Source of the DNA: the human T2T-CHM13v2.0 reference genome, Homo sapiens
Direction: 5' to 3' (one strand)
DNA: 64,000 nt
NCBI RefSeq assembly: GCF_009914755.1
Contig: NC_060938.1
The notes below the pieces were generated by a model. That model had not been told where the DNA came from. It saw only the letters and a list, made by a program, of their open reading frames with translations, and made no database searches. The translations under genes and the position numbers were made by a program. The stretch's first letter is position 1. The number at the start of each line of letters is the position of its first letter. Below, one piece after another: positions 59,627 through 64,000 of this stretch.

Positions 59627-59935
59627 AGGCAGGGTGTGGTGGCTCATGCCTATAATCCCAGCACTTTGGGAGGCTAAGCGGGCAGATCACTTGAGCTCAG
59701 GAGTTTGAGACCAGCCTGGGCAACATGGTGAAACCCTGTCTCTATAAAAGATGCCAAAAAAAAAAAAAAAAATTAGCTAGGCATGGTGGCCCACACCTGT
59801 AGTCCTTGCTACTTCTGGAGCTGAGGCAGGAGGATTGCTTAAGTCCAGGAAGTCGAGGCGGCAGTGAGCTGTGTTCGTGCCCTGGCAACCTGGGTGACAA
59901 AGCAAGACCCTGTCTCAAAAAAAAAAAAAAGCTCT
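59627..59935 (+). repeat. Alu SINE
   Basis: ggcagggtgtggtggctcatgcctataatccc... poly-A tail. Confidence 0.85.
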
Positions 59936-61343
59936 GATTAAAACGAAGATTGTTGCTCATCTCTTTTGAAAATTTCTGATTCAGTAGGTAGGTCTGAGAT
60001 GGAACCTGAGAATTTGCACTTCCAGCAATTTCTCAGGTAATCATGACTCTTATCTCTGATCTGAGGTAAACATTTAAAAAACTATTAATCTAGGATGATT
60101 ACCTAAACAGAAGCGATAGTTACTACCTACCACATGGCAGAGGTAGGTAGTAAATAATGCACCTGTCACACTTGAATTGCATATATAAATTAAAAATTTG
60201 GCCCAATTCCCAGATGTTCTGTTCCAATCACACAGCCACTGAATGATCCCTAAAGGACATTTCAGCTGTGTTTTGAGGAGCCAGATAAACTATCTCTGCC
60301 TTGCAACAGAGAAAACCTTTCAACTGGCAAGATGTTCACAATGTTCAAATTCAGCTTTTCATACCCGTAGGAAGTGCTAATCATATTGCCAATATTTGCT
60401 TCTTTGAGTCATGCTTTCCTAAGTTAGCCATTCCCTTGAGTTGAACCAATCTTTCTTCAGATGACTATCATTAGAATAAATCAGGAGTTTTGCCAATCAA
60501 ATAACTATACCAGGGCTGGGAAGATGTGCCATTTCCCACTGGAATGAAATCACTTAACTCTCACAGAACCATCTTACATTCCTTATTTGCAAGTTCTTAA
60601 AGGACCATTCACTTTCTCCTGCATATAGGCCAACACCACCTTACTGTTGATTAGTAGCATTGAGCTGCGATGGCCAACTGATGGGTGTAATATCCAGATT
60701 TGTCTCTGGGACAAAGGAGTGCCACCCCCTCAGTCTTCCCTTTTGGGAAGGGTCCTACCACCTGTTAAAATTGCTCACTTGTGGTCAGTTTTCTTGCATG
60801 TTCATTGTCCTCCTCTACTTTGATCAACAAACATCTGCTAATCCCCTGTCAAAGAATAGTGCTAGTACATGGGTAAAATGTATACAACATGCCTTCTTCT
60901 CAAGACTTCATCATCTTGTAGAGATAGACACATGTAGAAATCACAAAAATACAAGGCAGATAAAGAGAAGTGCTATAATGGACTAAGAGACAAACTATAG
61001 GGTTATATAGGTGAGAGCAAGGATCTCAAGCAACTCCCTGGAGAGATGGACTTTGAACTGGGAAGGGCAGGCCTCTGATAAGCTGGGAGGGGAGTGACCA
61101 GTAGGAAGTGGAAAGGCCATTGGTTTTACCTGATTTTTTTCTTCTTTGTGAATGATTACCTTTAGATTCACAGTATACGTTTGTTTGACCTAACCATCAC
61201 AACTTAAAGCATCACACAAGCCGTGATAGTTGGACAAGCACACACTTACTGGATAGCCACTTGTCACCTCAGACAAGCCCTTCTGGGCCATCTGAAAGCA
61301 GATTACAAGAACCTCAGTGTCTTCTCCCTTCTGACTCTTCTGA

Positions 61344-61741
<398 letters not shown>

Positions 61742-62378
61742 TGACTAGTCTCCCTAATCGGGTATGGTAATTAAAATAGGCCACAAATTCTTTGCTTCCT
61801 CTCCCATTGAGAGGCAGAGTCTAATTCCTTCTTGAAACTGGGCTGACCTGGTCACTTGCTTGACCAATATAATGTGGCAGCAGTTGCATTCTGGGACTTC
61901 TGAAGCTAGGTCAAAGGAAACTTGCACTTCCTCCAGGACTCTGGAACACTCCCTTGGGAAGCCCTGAGCTGCCATGTGAGTCCAACTACCGTAAGACTGC
62001 CACTCTAAAGAGGCCACATGTAGGTGTTTCAATTAACACACTCAACTGAGCTCAGCCTTCTAGCCATCTCCACCAGGGCACCAGACATGTGCCCTGTCTG
62101 GTGCCCTAGTGGAGAAAGAAGCAGTCTTAAGTCCCTCAGACCAGTTCATCTACCAATTGTCTATTATCAAGTAACTTCCACTAATGACACATGAAACAGA
62201 CGAATCATCTAGTGGAAGCCTGCCTAAATTTAGTGAAGTCAGTTACACATAAAATTGTGAGATATGATTAAATGGTTGCTGTTTTAAGTCACAAAGTTTT
62301 GGGCAGCAAATGATAACTGGTACACTAGGCCTGCAAAACATAAGACAGTTTACATCAGGGTACTCTGTAATCATCCTA

Positions 62379-63105
<727 letters not shown>

Positions 63106-63177
63106 AAAAAAAATAGTGAACTTGGAACATTTTAATGACTTGTAGGAAGAATTTAAAAAATAGGGGAATTCAGATAA

Positions 63178-63656
<479 letters not shown>

Positions 63657-64000
63657 TGAAACATGTGCCACCACACCTGGTCCAATGGATCTGTGTTTAA
63701 ATCCTCCTCTGCTACTGACTAGCAGTGTGACCTAAGCTGTAGAAGAAAATAAGGTTAATAATCTCAACCCTCAAAGGGGCCAGAGAGTGGTCCTTGAGTC
63801 TGCAGTAAGATCACATGATGCTGATTTGGCAAAGGGGTCAGGCTAGGCTCTCCGTTTGAAAAGTCTCACCTCCTGTCTCATTTTCATAACAATCCCCAGC
63901 TCAATACATCCTAATAAGTGAAAAAAACTGCTGGAAGGAAGAACCCACTGCCCCTTTCTCTGGCTGAGCGTCTTTTAAATTCACAGCTATTTGCATTACA

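Noticed and set aside
60660-60986. 108-aa plus ORF upstream of TEP1
   Set aside because: No homology recognised, flanked by repeat-like sequence with the recurring tactgaatcagaatct motif, no promoter or CpG support; likely chance ORF

Overview
This window is human genomic DNA from a convergent gene pair on chr14q11.2. At the left edge is the last coding exon and 3'UTR of PARP2 on the + strand. About 7.7 kb of repeat-filled intergenic DNA follows. The rest of the window holds the complete TEP1 gene (telomerase-associated protein 1, also the vault protein) on the - strand. All 55 TEP1 exons were recovered by back-translating the minus strand and placing AG/GT splice sites. Reading phase is consistent across every junction. 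The coding total is 7878 nt, the 3'UTR is about 2.8 kb, and the promoter is a CpG island. Upstream of TEP1 lie two homologous MaLR-type LTRs and a truncated 5S rRNA pseudogene. The window carries about 50 Alu elements, a THE1-type LTR, an L1 3' fragment and several microsatellites. No novel genetic system is evident; this is a well-characterised locus. The points worth a second look are structural: a 4x90-bp tandem repeat in TEP1 exon 2, an in-frame 18-bp tandem duplication in exon 53, a (CA)n tract abutting the exon 54 splice donor, and two independent long hairpin-forming structures in the TEP1 3'UTR (a TIR/MITE-like inverted repeat and an inverted Alu pair).
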